DNA from: Candidatus Firestoneibacteriota bacterium
GTDB lineage: Bacteria; Oederibacteriota; JAAXVQ01; JAUVAV01
NCBI GenBank assembly: GCA_030635415.1
Contig: DAOVYW010000002.1
Location: forward strand, 1 to 33,106
Direction of reading: 5' to 3'
Length of the DNA stretch: 33,106 nt
A program made the position numbers and the translations under genes. Positions 17,356-26,761 of this stretch are shown here, one piece after another (within the stretch, counting starts at the first letter, position 1; each line of letters starts with the position of its first letter). Under the pieces are notes generated by a model, which was not told the DNA's origin, made no database searches, and saw nothing but the letters and a program-made list of their open reading frames with translations.

Positions 17356-18450
17356 GTGCGTATGAAAAAGCAAAAAAACCAAAAATCCTGGTTGCGGGAG
17401 AATCGTTATTATTTAATCGGCGCTTTATTTATATTATTTCTGGGAGCATTAGCTTTAGTCTGGCGCGGTTATCACGGCCCTTCCGCGGGAGAACGGCCCG
17501 GAGTTTCACCCGCTTTGGGATCCGGAGGCAAGCAGGCCCGCTATGTTCAGGTGTTCCGTGCGCAGCAGGTGCGTTTTCAGGACGCGCTGGAGAGCCTGAC
17601 GGGTACGGTTAGAGGTTCTTCACTGGAATTAAAATGCACGCAGGAGGAGAAGCTGCTCAAGTATAATTACCAGCCCGGTGACTTTGTTAAAAAAGGCGGG
17701 ATTATCGCGGAGTTGGACCATGTCCGCACCCGGGCGCGTTATCGCCAGGCCCAGATAAATCTGAAACGCAAACAATCACTCTACGACGTGGGCGGCGCGG
17801 CGCGCATGGAATTGGAGGAAGCGGAGGAAACCCTGAATATTGCGGAAAAGGATTATCAGGATACTTTTATCCGGGCGCCCAAGAACGGATACATGGGAGA
17901 ATGCCGGGTGCAGGAAGGCGAACTGACTGCGCGGCAGGCGCCAATAGTCTTTTTTGTAAGTACGGATGATCCGTTTTTCGTGGAGACCAATATTATCGAG
18001 AAAAGAATGCCGGAAATTAAAGTGGGGCAGAAGGCAATGGTAATAATCGAGGCTTTCCCGGGAGTGGAAATCCCGTGCAAAGTATTGAGTATTTCTCCCG
18101 AAGTAACCACCACCAGCCGGATGGCGTCCGTGCGGATTGGGATAGCCCGGGAATATCGCGCCCGGATCAAACCGGGGCTTTCCACGGTCTGCCGGATAAT
18201 TATTTTTGATCGCGAGGTGCTGCTGATACCAAAAAACGCCCTGCTGGAGAAGGAAGAGTCAGTATACCTGGTTGACGAAAAAAATCGGGTGCATGTCTGC
18301 CCGGTCGAGACGGGGTATGCTTCGCGCGATTACGTGGAAATCCGGCAGGGACTTAACGAGGGTGATGTGGTCGTGCTGCGTCCGGAGGCCGTCAATCTTA
18401 AAAAGGGCTTGGAAATAAGCTATGGCCAGGTCGAAGAGTACGGAAAATGA
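17356..18450 (+). CDS. efflux RND periplasmic adaptor (MFP/HlyD family)
   Basis: 364 aa with an N-terminal TM, a lipoyl-like GDFVKKGGIIAELD motif, a coiled-coil hairpin (RARYRQAQINLKRKQSLYD...EEAEETLNIAEKDY), then IRAPKNGYMG. GTG start at 17356 (alternative ATG at 17362). The stop overlaps the next start (ATGA at 18447-18450). Confidence 0.85.
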   Translation: MRMKKQKNQKSWLRENRYYLIGALFILFLGALALVWRGYHGPSAGERPGVSPALGSGGKQARYVQVFRAQQVRFQDALESLTGTVRGSSLELKCTQEEKLLKYNYQPGDFVKKGGIIAELDHVRTRARYRQAQINLKRKQSLYDVGGAARMELEEAEETLNIAEKDYQDTFIRAPKNGYMGECRVQEGELTARQAPIVFFVSTDDPFFVETNIIEKRMPEIKVGQKAMVIIEAFPGVEIPCKVLSISPEVTTTSRMASVRIGIAREYRARIKPGLSTVCRIIIFDREVLLIPKNALLEKEESVYLVDEKNRVHVCPVETGYASRDYVEIRQGLNEGDVVVLRPEAVNLKKGLEISYGQVEEYGK

Positions 18451-21400
18451 AATTCATCCAGTTTTCAGTTTCGCGCCGGGTAACCATCAGCATGCTATAT
18501 GCGCTCGTCTTTCTGCTCGGTTTTCTGGCCTGGCAGAGGCTTCCCCGGGAATTTATGCCCAGCCTGGAGTTTCCCCAGTTGGTAGTACTAACGGTTTATG
18601 AAAACGCTTCCAGCCGGGAAGTGGAGACACTGATAACCAAAGTAATAGAGGAGGCCTGCGGTACGGTTAAAGGCGTCCGCCGGATTCATTCCCTATCCAA
18701 AGAGGGCATCTCTCTGGTGACCGTGGAATTTCAATGGGGCGTGGACATGGATTTTGCCTCCTTGAATCTGCGCGAAAAAATCGATTTAACCAAAGTCAAG
18801 CTGCCGCGTGAGGCCGGGGAGCCGCGAATTGAGAAATATAATCCCTTTGCCCTGCCGGTCATGGTGTTGAGCCTGAGCGGAAAGCGGACGGCTCAGGAAT
18901 TACTGAAAATAGCCAAACGGCCGGTGGCGGAATTAATGGAAAAAGTGCCGGGAGTAGCGGCGGTCTCGCTTACCGGGGGGCTGGAACGCGAGATAATTAT
19001 TGAGCTCGACCAGGCAAAGCTGGCTAATTACCAGGTTTCCATCCTTCAGGCCGGCGAGGCCGTATCCCGGGGAAATGTTACCTACCCGGCCGGAACCGTG
19101 AAGGATGAAACCTATGAATATGTTGTCCGGGTAATGGGAGCGTACGCGGCGCCGGAGGAGATCAATCAGGTAGTAGTAAAAGTGGACCGGGACAAGCTCT
19201 TTCCCAGCGATATGTTTTCCCGCGGCCGCGCCGGGCAGAGGCGGTCCCCGGAGAAATCATACCGCGAAAAACAGACTGCCGCGCCCCTGGTACTGCTCTC
19301 ATCCCTGGGAATAGTGCGGGATACTTTTAAGGAACGCGCCAGTTACGCGCGCTATGACGGGCAGGAAAACATCTCACTGGCTATATTAAAGCAGGGTGAT
19401 GCGCACGTTACTGAAGTAGCGGCGGCCGCGAGAAAAAAATTGGATAATATCAAGAGCAAACTGCCTCATGGCCTGGAATTGAAAATAATCTATGACCAGT
19501 CGCTGTTTATCAAAGCCGGTATCCGGCAGATGGTAAATGCCGGCTTGATGGGAGCATGCCTGGCTTTTTTAGTATTGTTCCTTTTCTTCAGAGACTGCCG
19601 GAACGCGTTGATTGTAAGCGCCGCCATTCCGAGCTCAATCCTGGCGGCCTTGTTTCTGATGCATCTAAAAGGGATTACTCTCAATACTGTATCCCTGGCC
19701 GGACTGGCCGTGGGAATCGGTCTGCTGGTGGACGGTGCGATTGTGGTGGTGGAGAACATTACCCGGCATAAGGAGGCGGGGAAAGCTTCATCGCTCGCGG
19801 CCTTGACAGGAGCCAGGGAGATGCTTGGTCCGGTAACCAGTTCGGTGGGCACCACGATAGTGGTTTTTCTGCCTCTGATATTCGTTCTGGGAATCATTGG
19901 GCAGGTGTTTCGGGATCTCTCCTGGGCAGTGGTTTTCTCCCAGATGGCTTCCCTGGTAGTGGCTTTTACTCTGGTGCCAATGCTGGCCGGCATGATATTC
20001 CGGCCCGGTGCGCTTCATCCACCCCGTTTTCTGGATTTTCTATACCAAGCGGCCGGACGCTTACGGGACAGGTACGAACATATCCTGAAATGGTGTCTGG
20101 ATCATGCGGGGCGCACGTTAATCTTCGCGGCCATTATCTGGATAGGCAGCCTGGGCCTGACCGGATTGCTTCCCCGCTCACTCTTTCCCAGTCTGGACCA
20201 GGATCAATTTATCCTTCATTTGAAAATGCCGCTAAGCACGCGCCTGGAAATCACCAATAATACGGCAAAAAAACTGGAAGCGCTGCTCACGAAAATACCG
20301 GAAGTCAAGCATTGCATGGTTACCGTAGGATCCCTTCCCCAGCAGGGCCTGCAGCCCCTGGGTGGACATGAGGCTCAACTGGTTATCGATTTGGCAGGCT
20401 CACGGCAGCGGAGCGCGGCGGAAATTATCCAGGAAATAAAAGGCGGAATTGAAGGTCTGGCCCTGGCCGGTGGAAGGGTGGTTTTTCAGCAGCCCGGCGG
20501 AACCTTCAGCGAACTGGCAGGAAAAGGCGCGCCGATTATAGTGGAGATAAAGGGATATGAGCTTAAAAACCTGCGCCGGGTTTCCCGGCAATTACAAGAC
20601 AGGCTTAAAGGGATTTCTGAAATCTATAATGTGAATACCTCTTTAGATTTAACTACGCCGGAAATAGAAATCAAGGTTAACCGGGACCAGGCCGCGGTCT
20701 ACAGCCTCTCGGTCGCGGATATGGCCAAAACCTTGCTTACTGCCGTACGTGGGCGGGTGGTATCCAAGTATAGGGAAGAAGGACGGGAGATTGATATCCG
20801 GGTCCGGCTGGCGGAGCAGGACCGCATGGACCTGAAAGCCCTGCGCAGGTTACTCATCCGGTCACCCCTGGAAATAGACGTTCCCCTGGAAGCTGTGGCC
20901 GCCATTAAGCACGGCACCGGACCAAGCGAGATTCTCCATTATGACCAGCAGAGAACCGTTCTGGTAACTGCGGGTTTATACGGCAAGCCGTTGGACAAAC
21001 TTCGCCCTGAAATAGAGGATATACTGGAGGAGTTGCGGGAACAAAACCCGGATCTGGGACTGACGCTGACTGGAGAGGCCGCGAGAATCGAGGAGTCCTT
21101 TGCCAGCTTGAAGATTATTCTTATAATTTCCCTGCTGCTGGTATACATGATTATGGCTGCCCAATTCGAATCCTTTGGCCAGCCCTTTCTGATTATTCTG
21201 ACCATACCCCTGGCGCTTATCGGCATGGGACCGGCCTTGCTGCTTGCCGGTCATTCGCTTTCCGCTATGGCAGGCATGGGCTTGGTTCTGCTGTGTGGCA
21301 TAATAGTCAACAACGGGATTGTGCTGCTCGATTATATCAATCAGCGCCGCCAAAAGGATTCCAGTTCCCTTAAAACCGTTCTGCAGGAAGCCTGCCGCGT

Positions 21401-21620
21401 GCGTTTAAGACCCATTGTCATGACCGCAGCCACCACTATCCTGGGTCTGCTGCCCCTGGCCCTGGGGCTAAGCCGTGAGACGCAGATGCAAGCGCCCCTG
21501 GCCATAGTAGTGGTATCCGGACTTTTTGTTTCCACCTGTCTGACCCTGGTCATACTGCCGTCTATGTATTTGCTGTTTGAGAATCTGAAGGAAAAAATAT
21601 TAACCAAGCGTTTATCATGA
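18447..21620 (+). CDS. RND efflux permease (AcrB/HAE-type), canonical length
   Basis: 1057 aa with FSVSRRVTISMLYALVFLLG at the N-terminus. Conserved TM4 and TM10 blocks: LAGLAVGIGLLVDGAIVVVENI and GLVLLCGIIVNNGIVLLDYI. ATGA overlaps occur at both ends. Confidence 0.93.
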   Translation: MKFIQFSVSRRVTISMLYALVFLLGFLAWQRLPREFMPSLEFPQLVVLTVYENASSREVETLITKVIEEACGTVKGVRRIHSLSKEGISLVTVEFQWGVDMDFASLNLREKIDLTKVKLPREAGEPRIEKYNPFALPVMVLSLSGKRTAQELLKIAKRPVAELMEKVPGVAAVSLTGGLEREIIIELDQAKLANYQVSILQAGEAVSRGNVTYPAGTVKDETYEYVVRVMGAYAAPEEINQVVVKVDRDKLFPSDMFSRGRAGQRRSPEKSYREKQTAAPLVLLSSLGIVRDTFKERASYARYDGQENISLAILKQGDAHVTEVAAAARKKLDNIKSKLPHGLELKIIYDQSLFIKAGIRQMVNAGLMGACLAFLVLFLFFRDCRNALIVSAAIPSSILAALFLMHLKGITLNTVSLAGLAVGIGLLVDGAIVVVENITRHKEAGKASSLAALTGAREMLGPVTSSVGTTIVVFLPLIFVLGIIGQVFRDLSWAVVFSQMASLVVAFTLVPMLAGMIFRPGALHPPRFLDFLYQAAGRLRDRYEHILKWCLDHAGRTLIFAAIIWIGSLGLTGLLPRSLFPSLDQDQFILHLKMPLSTRLEITNNTAKKLEALLTKIPEVKHCMVTVGSLPQQGLQPLGGHEAQLVIDLAGSRQRSAAEIIQEIKGGIEGLALAGGRVVFQQPGGTFSELAGKGAPIIVEIKGYELKNLRRVSRQLQDRLKGISEIYNVNTSLDLTTPEIEIKVNRDQAAVYSLSVADMAKTLLTAVRGRVVSKYREEGREIDIRVRLAEQDRMDLKALRRLLIRSPLEIDVPLEAVAAIKHGTGPSEILHYDQQRTVLVTAGLYGKPLDKLRPEIEDILEELREQNPDLGLTLTGEAARIEESFASLKIILIISLLLVYMIMAAQFESFGQPFLIILTIPLALIGMGPALLLAGHSLSAMAGMGLVLLCGIIVNNGIVLLDYINQRRQKDSSSLKTVLQEACRVRLRPIVMTAATTILGLLPLALGLSRETQMQAPLAIVVVSGLFVSTCLTLVILPSMYLLFENLKEKILTKRLS

Positions 21621-24600
21621 ATTTTACCCAGCTTTTACACCTATCCGTATTCGGACTGATTTTGATAATGGCAGCCAAACATCTGCCCGGATTCACCATC
21701 CGCCGGCCCGTGGCTTTTATAATGATTCTGGGCGTGGTCGCTTTGGCCGGAGTCACAGGGATCAAGCAATTGCCGATTGAACTCATGCCGGATATCGCCT
21801 ATGGCAATGTAACGATTTTTGTGGAAGTCCGGGGCGGCATGCCGCCGCCCGAGGTGGAACGCCTGGTTACCAAACCGATTGAAGCTGTCATGGGAACAGT
21901 CTCCAAATTAAAAAATATCATCTCTTCCTCCAAGAAACACAAGGCGGTTATTACCCTGGAATTTGAGCCCGGGACAAATATGGATCTGGCTGCCCTGGAA
22001 GTGCGCGAGAAATTTCTGCGGGTTAAAGCCAAACTGCCCCGGGAAATCGAGCGGCCCATAATCGCGCATTATGAGGAATCCGACGCGCCGGTAGTAATAG
22101 CTGCGCTGACCTCCTCCCGGCATACTCCGGAAGAAATGCGACGGATGGTGGAGGGAGAACTCAAGGAAAAATTGCTCCGCTTGCCCGGGACGGCCAATAT
22201 TGAGATCGGCGGAGGACGGGAGCGGAAAATTTTGGCTGAACTGGATAAACACCGGCTGGCGGCGCTGGGAATTCCCATTAAAAAAATCACGGCCATTCTG
22301 GAACAAAATAATCTCAACCTGCACGCCGGGAACCTGGAAGGCAGGACCTATAACCTGGGACTCCGCACTTTGGGAGCTTTTCAGTCCCTGGAAGAGATCA
22401 GCAACATCGGGATCGCGGTGGGCAAAAAAGGCGGGATCATCCGGCTCAAGGATGTTGCCCGGGTTAAGGACGATTACCTGGAACCGGAAACCCATTCACG
22501 CCTTAATTCCCGGGCCGCAGTTACCATCTATGTCCAGAAAGAGAGCCTGGCCAATACCATACGCGTGGTTTCCGGAGTACGGCGTGTGCTGCGGGAATTT
22601 GAGTCCCGCATGGAGACCGGGATGGATTTAATCATAGTGACCGACCAGGCCCGGACCATCCAACAAGCCGTGCGCTCCGTAAAGATGACTCTCTTTTATG
22701 GCGCGTGTCTGGTAATCATTATACTCGGGCTTTTCTTGAGCCAAACCGTTTTCACCCGGTGGCTGGCCGGCGGTCTGCTGATCCTGCTTTTGCTCAACCT
22801 GCTTACCCTCTACTTCCTGCGCATTCCTTTGGAATCCAGCCTGGGAATGGTTATCGGAGTACTGGGACTGCTTTTCTGTCTCTCATTATGGCGCGGAGAT
22901 CTGCGTCCTGCCATGATAGTAGGCTGCTCAGTTCCCGTATCTCTCCTGATTACTCTGGCATTAATGTATTTTGAAAATGTATCCCTGAATGTCATCTCGC
23001 TCGCCGGTCTGGTTCTGGGAATCGGCCTGCTGGTGGATAATTCCATCGTAGTCCTGGAAAATATTGATCGCTGGAAACGTAAACTTCCGGATAGGGACGG
23101 CCCGCAACGCGTGGAAATCGCGGCCCAAGAAATGGTGCCGGCTATGGTGGGAGGAACCCTGACCACAGTGGTGGTTTTTCTGCCGTTTGCCTTGTTGCAG
23201 AAACAGACCCAGTTGCTATACGCGGGTATTGCCTTTACGGTAACCGCGACCTTGTTTTCATCCCTGTTTTGCGCTCTGGCTCTGGTTCCGGCCCTGGGAG
23301 CGCGTCTGCAGCCGGTGGATAACAGGCGCAAGCGGACAAAGCCTACCCGGCCTTGGACATTCCCATGGAGGGGGCGTCCGGATTACGGAATAAAAAAACT
23401 GCTCAGACGCCCGGTGAAAATCCTGCGTACTCTGGCAGAGTATATTCTGCGCCGTATCATTTCAATAGGATGGCCGATCGGGCTGCTAATCACGGTTTTG
23501 TTTGCCCTCTTGCTTTATTTCAAGTTTAAACTGGAATGGCCGGTAATAATATTTCTGTCAGCCTGCGGCACGGTTATTATTCCCGGAATTTTTATGTTTC
23601 GGCATTACTCGGCCAATTTGCGGAAAGTCCTGCAACATAAAGGCAAAACACTAATAGCCATATCCATTCTGTTCTGTATCGCGGTTTTTGTATTCATACA
23701 GTACGTACCCAAGGACTTCATGGCAGCTTCCGAGCAGAGCGAGTTCGTGGTTTACGTGGAAATGGCTTCCGGGACGCGTCTGGACATCTGCGACCGGATA
23801 GTGAGGGAAGTGGAAAAACGTATCTCCGGGCTCCCGGAGATCAGGGATATGATAAAAAGTCTTTCCTCGCGAGTGGAAGGATGGTCATCCAAAATATACG
23901 TATCTTTAAAACCCCGGGCTGAGCGCCGGTTTTCCACCCAGGAAGTCATAGATAATCTCCGGGAGCGTTTTAAGGGAGTAGGGGAAGATCATGATACCTT
24001 TGTTTATTTTTCCGAACCCCGGAGCGGCAAGGAAATATTCATCGAGATTTACGGTTATAATTATGAAACCCTGGCCCAATTAGCCATGCGGATTGCGTCC
24101 GGCATAGGAAAAATTCCGAAATTTACGGATGTGAAAATCCGCTACCGTCCCGGACGGCCCGAGGTACGGGTAATGCTCGATACCCGACGGACCGCTATGC
24201 TGGGATTCAATCACCGGGAAATAGGGGAGGTTATGCACGCCCAGCTGCGGGGGTTACGCGCCACCTCTTTTTATCATCAGGAAGAAGAAATTGAGACCAT
24301 AGTGCGGCTTAAGCCCGAACAGTGCCGTACCATCGGGCAGCTTAAAAATCTGGGTCTGGTCTCCCCGGCCGGATTCAGCGTGCCCGTAGAACACATATCC
24401 CGGCTGGAGTTCGGTCTCTCGCCCAGTGAAATATGGCACCGGAACAAGACCCGCATGATCCAGGTCAGCGCCAATCTCGGCCTGCTGCCTCTGGGTCTGG
24501 CAGCCAAACGCGTCCAGGCGGTAATCGCCCAAGTGGATTTTCCCGAGGATTACTACGCCGATATCGGAGGAGACTATGAGAGTATGGTCCAGGCAAACCG

Positions 24601-25129
24601 GAGTTTTTGGCAGGCCATGGTAATGACAATTCTTTTAGTCTTTGTGGTAATGGCCTGCCTCTTTGAATCACTGCGCCAGCCCTTGATTATAATGATAACC
24701 GTGCTGCTGGCCGGCATTGGTGCCGTAGCCGGTCTGGTACTCACAGCCAGCGCGGCTACGCTGGGAGTATCAATCGGACTGCTCATGCTGGGCGGCATAG
24801 TCGTGAACAACGGCATAATTCTGGTAGACCGGATCAATGCCATGCGGAAAAAATCTCCTCATGTCAGGCTGGAGAAAATCGTAATCCGGGCCGGACATCA
24901 GCGCCTCCGCCCCATACTAATGACAACCATTACCACTGTCCTGGGCCTGCTGCCCATGGCTTTAGACAGGAGCGAATCAGCCGTACTCTGGAGCCCGCTC
25001 GCCCTTACCGTCATCGGCGGCCTGATAGCCTCCACTGTTCTCACCCTGTTTGTAATTCCCTGTATTTATATTATTGAGTTCCCCCGTTGGCCTGTCCTGG
25101 ATGGTTTAGTCCAGGGAAAAGGGGGTTAG
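21617..25129 (+). CDS. RND efflux permease paralogue with extra hydrophobic insertions
   Basis: 1170 aa with conserved blocks LAGLVLGIGLLVDNSIVVLENI and GLLMLGGIVVNNGIILVDRI. Compared by eye with the upstream paralogue, it has a 51-aa insertion at 22739-22891 and a ~52-aa insertion at ~23444-23599. Confidence 0.9.
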   Translation: MNFTQLLHLSVFGLILIMAAKHLPGFTIRRPVAFIMILGVVALAGVTGIKQLPIELMPDIAYGNVTIFVEVRGGMPPPEVERLVTKPIEAVMGTVSKLKNIISSSKKHKAVITLEFEPGTNMDLAALEVREKFLRVKAKLPREIERPIIAHYEESDAPVVIAALTSSRHTPEEMRRMVEGELKEKLLRLPGTANIEIGGGRERKILAELDKHRLAALGIPIKKITAILEQNNLNLHAGNLEGRTYNLGLRTLGAFQSLEEISNIGIAVGKKGGIIRLKDVARVKDDYLEPETHSRLNSRAAVTIYVQKESLANTIRVVSGVRRVLREFESRMETGMDLIIVTDQARTIQQAVRSVKMTLFYGACLVIIILGLFLSQTVFTRWLAGGLLILLLLNLLTLYFLRIPLESSLGMVIGVLGLLFCLSLWRGDLRPAMIVGCSVPVSLLITLALMYFENVSLNVISLAGLVLGIGLLVDNSIVVLENIDRWKRKLPDRDGPQRVEIAAQEMVPAMVGGTLTTVVVFLPFALLQKQTQLLYAGIAFTVTATLFSSLFCALALVPALGARLQPVDNRRKRTKPTRPWTFPWRGRPDYGIKKLLRRPVKILRTLAEYILRRIISIGWPIGLLITVLFALLLYFKFKLEWPVIIFLSACGTVIIPGIFMFRHYSANLRKVLQHKGKTLIAISILFCIAVFVFIQYVPKDFMAASEQSEFVVYVEMASGTRLDICDRIVREVEKRISGLPEIRDMIKSLSSRVEGWSSKIYVSLKPRAERRFSTQEVIDNLRERFKGVGEDHDTFVYFSEPRSGKEIFIEIYGYNYETLAQLAMRIASGIGKIPKFTDVKIRYRPGRPEVRVMLDTRRTAMLGFNHREIGEVMHAQLRGLRATSFYHQEEEIETIVRLKPEQCRTIGQLKNLGLVSPAGFSVPVEHISRLEFGLSPSEIWHRNKTRMIQVSANLGLLPLGLAAKRVQAVIAQVDFPEDYYADIGGDYESMVQANRSFWQAMVMTILLVFVVMACLFESLRQPLIIMITVLLAGIGAVAGLVLTASAATLGVSIGLLMLGGIVVNNGIILVDRINAMRKKSPHVRLEKIVIRAGHQRLRPILMTTITTVLGLLPMALDRSESAVLWSPLALTVIGGLIASTVLTLFVIPCIYIIEFPRWPVLDGLVQGKGG

Positions 25130-25423
25130 GGGACAACTTTCTTATTTACAGAAAGTGAATGAAGGGCTGGCAGTGTGAAATATGTTAAAAATATTGTAAA
25201 TAAAAGAAATACCTTAATTTTTAAGAAGTTTTAAAATGTGCGCAAAATCGACATATTATTGGGATATAGATTTGCTATATGCTCAAAGCCCTGGAACAAA
25301 CTGCGAATTGGACAGCAGGGAAGATCAAGGCTATCAGTGAGAGAGACTAAAATTATTGGCGATATTTTTGAAATGGTGGGTGGGTTTTATGATCTCCTGG
25401 CAGAGATCAATTAAAAGGGACGC

Positions 25424-26434
25424 ATGGGAGCCGCGATGACCCTGCTGGTATTGATCATTCTGGTTTTAGTCTTAGCTGCTTTTTCGATGAAACTTTCAAA
25501 AAGGATTAAAGTTCCTTCTGTGGTCGCACTTATTGTTGTGGGACTAGTTTTGGGCCAACCTCCATTTAAGAGTTTCTTTATCGGCGAATATGATCAAGTC
25601 GTTTTTCTGCTGGGAGACATAGGCCTGTTGGCTTTAATGTTTTTAGCTGGTTTTGAGAGCTCTTGGCAACGGCTCTATCAAGAAAAAAAGGATGCAGCTT
25701 TAATCGCAGTGTTTGGTGTGTTTTTTCCTTTGATTCTGGGGACATTGGTTATACTCCTTTCCGGATATCCTCTCTCTATAGCCATAGTTGTCGGTGTTTG
25801 CTTAAGTATTAGCGCAGAAGCGACCCGGGCCAAGGTTTTGCTGGAACTTAAACAAATTAACACCCGGCTGGGCGCTGTCCTAATGGGTTCAGGCTTAATC
25901 GATGATATGCTTGGCTTATCCTTATTTGTCCTGATTACATTTTTAATTAAAGGAACGGCTACCAAAGAACAGTTTTTAGTGATAGGGTCGATTATCACTT
26001 TTTTCTTAGGATTATGGTTAAAACAATATATTAGCCGGCACCAAGTCTTAACCCTCATGCTTGAGAAAGGATTAAACACATTAATTATCCCCTTTTTCTT
26101 TGTTGCTATTGGCATTCATTTCAATTTTAATACCCTAATAGTGCATCCTTATCTGCTTATAACGATTTTCCTAGTAGGGGTTATCAGTAAATGATGAGGC
26201 GCTTTCGCTGTAAAACCATGGACTAACCTTAGTTGGCAGCAACTCAATTTGGCAGGTTGGGCAATGAATTCCCGTGGGGCCTTGGAACTTGCTTTGGCTT
26301 TGGTAGCCTTTCGCAGTAACTTAATTACTGAATCTCTTTATTCCAGTCTGATTGTTATGGCCCTAATTACCACCTTAATGTTTCCGTTCATTATCATCCA
26401 AATGCTTAAACGGCACCCTGATATTATGAATTGA
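25424..26434 (+). pseudogene. CPA2-type cation/proton antiporter gene interrupted by tandem in-frame TGA TGA
   Basis: ORFs 25424-26194 and 26249-26434 are in the same frame. The sequence reads ...LVGVISK * * GAFAVKPWTNLSWQQLNLAGWAMNSRGALELALA... Na+/H+-exchanger-family features are present on both sides of the stops (LAGFESS, LIDDMLG upstream; NSRGALELALA downstream). Confidence 0.75.
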
Positions 26435-26761
26435 TTGAGATTTCATTTTTCATCCTGGCCGGAGAAGACGGTGAACTGTGGACTAGGAGCCTCTTATCCG
26501 ATTAACCGAAGAACGTCCCCTGAAATCAATACAATTGCACAAGTTTTGTGCTATGCTCCAAAAAATATGTTCAATATCATAAGTTTGAAAAAGTGAAAAT
26601 AGTTGAAAAGAAAAAGAGATTCCGTCTGTCTAAACAATCGTACTCCAAAAAACCTTACCATATCTATTACTTTACAATAACGGGAAGTAGAGACTTATTG
26701 TTATTGCCCCCAATTAGTGTAAGGGACGGTCGAGACTGTTCCCTAAACCAGGAGGAACACC

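Noticed and set aside
14293-23331. Long antisense or off-frame ORFs inside the M16 and RND genes (e.g. 14293-14904, 19490-19993, 21908-22495, 22810-23331, 22200-22631)
   Set aside because: Each is nested in a + strand gene with unmistakable family motifs. GC-rich coding DNA routinely produces such shadow ORFs.
25137-25409. Hairpins in the gap before the CPA2 gene: CTTTCT/AGAAAG (25137-25155) right after the RND2 stop, and a perfect TGATCTC-N6-GAGATCA (25390-25409) 14 nt before the CPA2 start
   Set aside because: The first is AT-rich and lacks a U-tract, so it is not a confident terminator. The second is a generic short dyad with no supporting context. I noted both but did not call either as a feature.
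26192-26230. Selenocysteine insertion at the TGA-TGA in the antiporter
   Set aside because: Two adjacent Sec codons in a membrane transporter have no precedent that I know of. Only a 4-bp GGCG/CGCT mini-hairpin follows, which is not a convincing bacterial SECIS.
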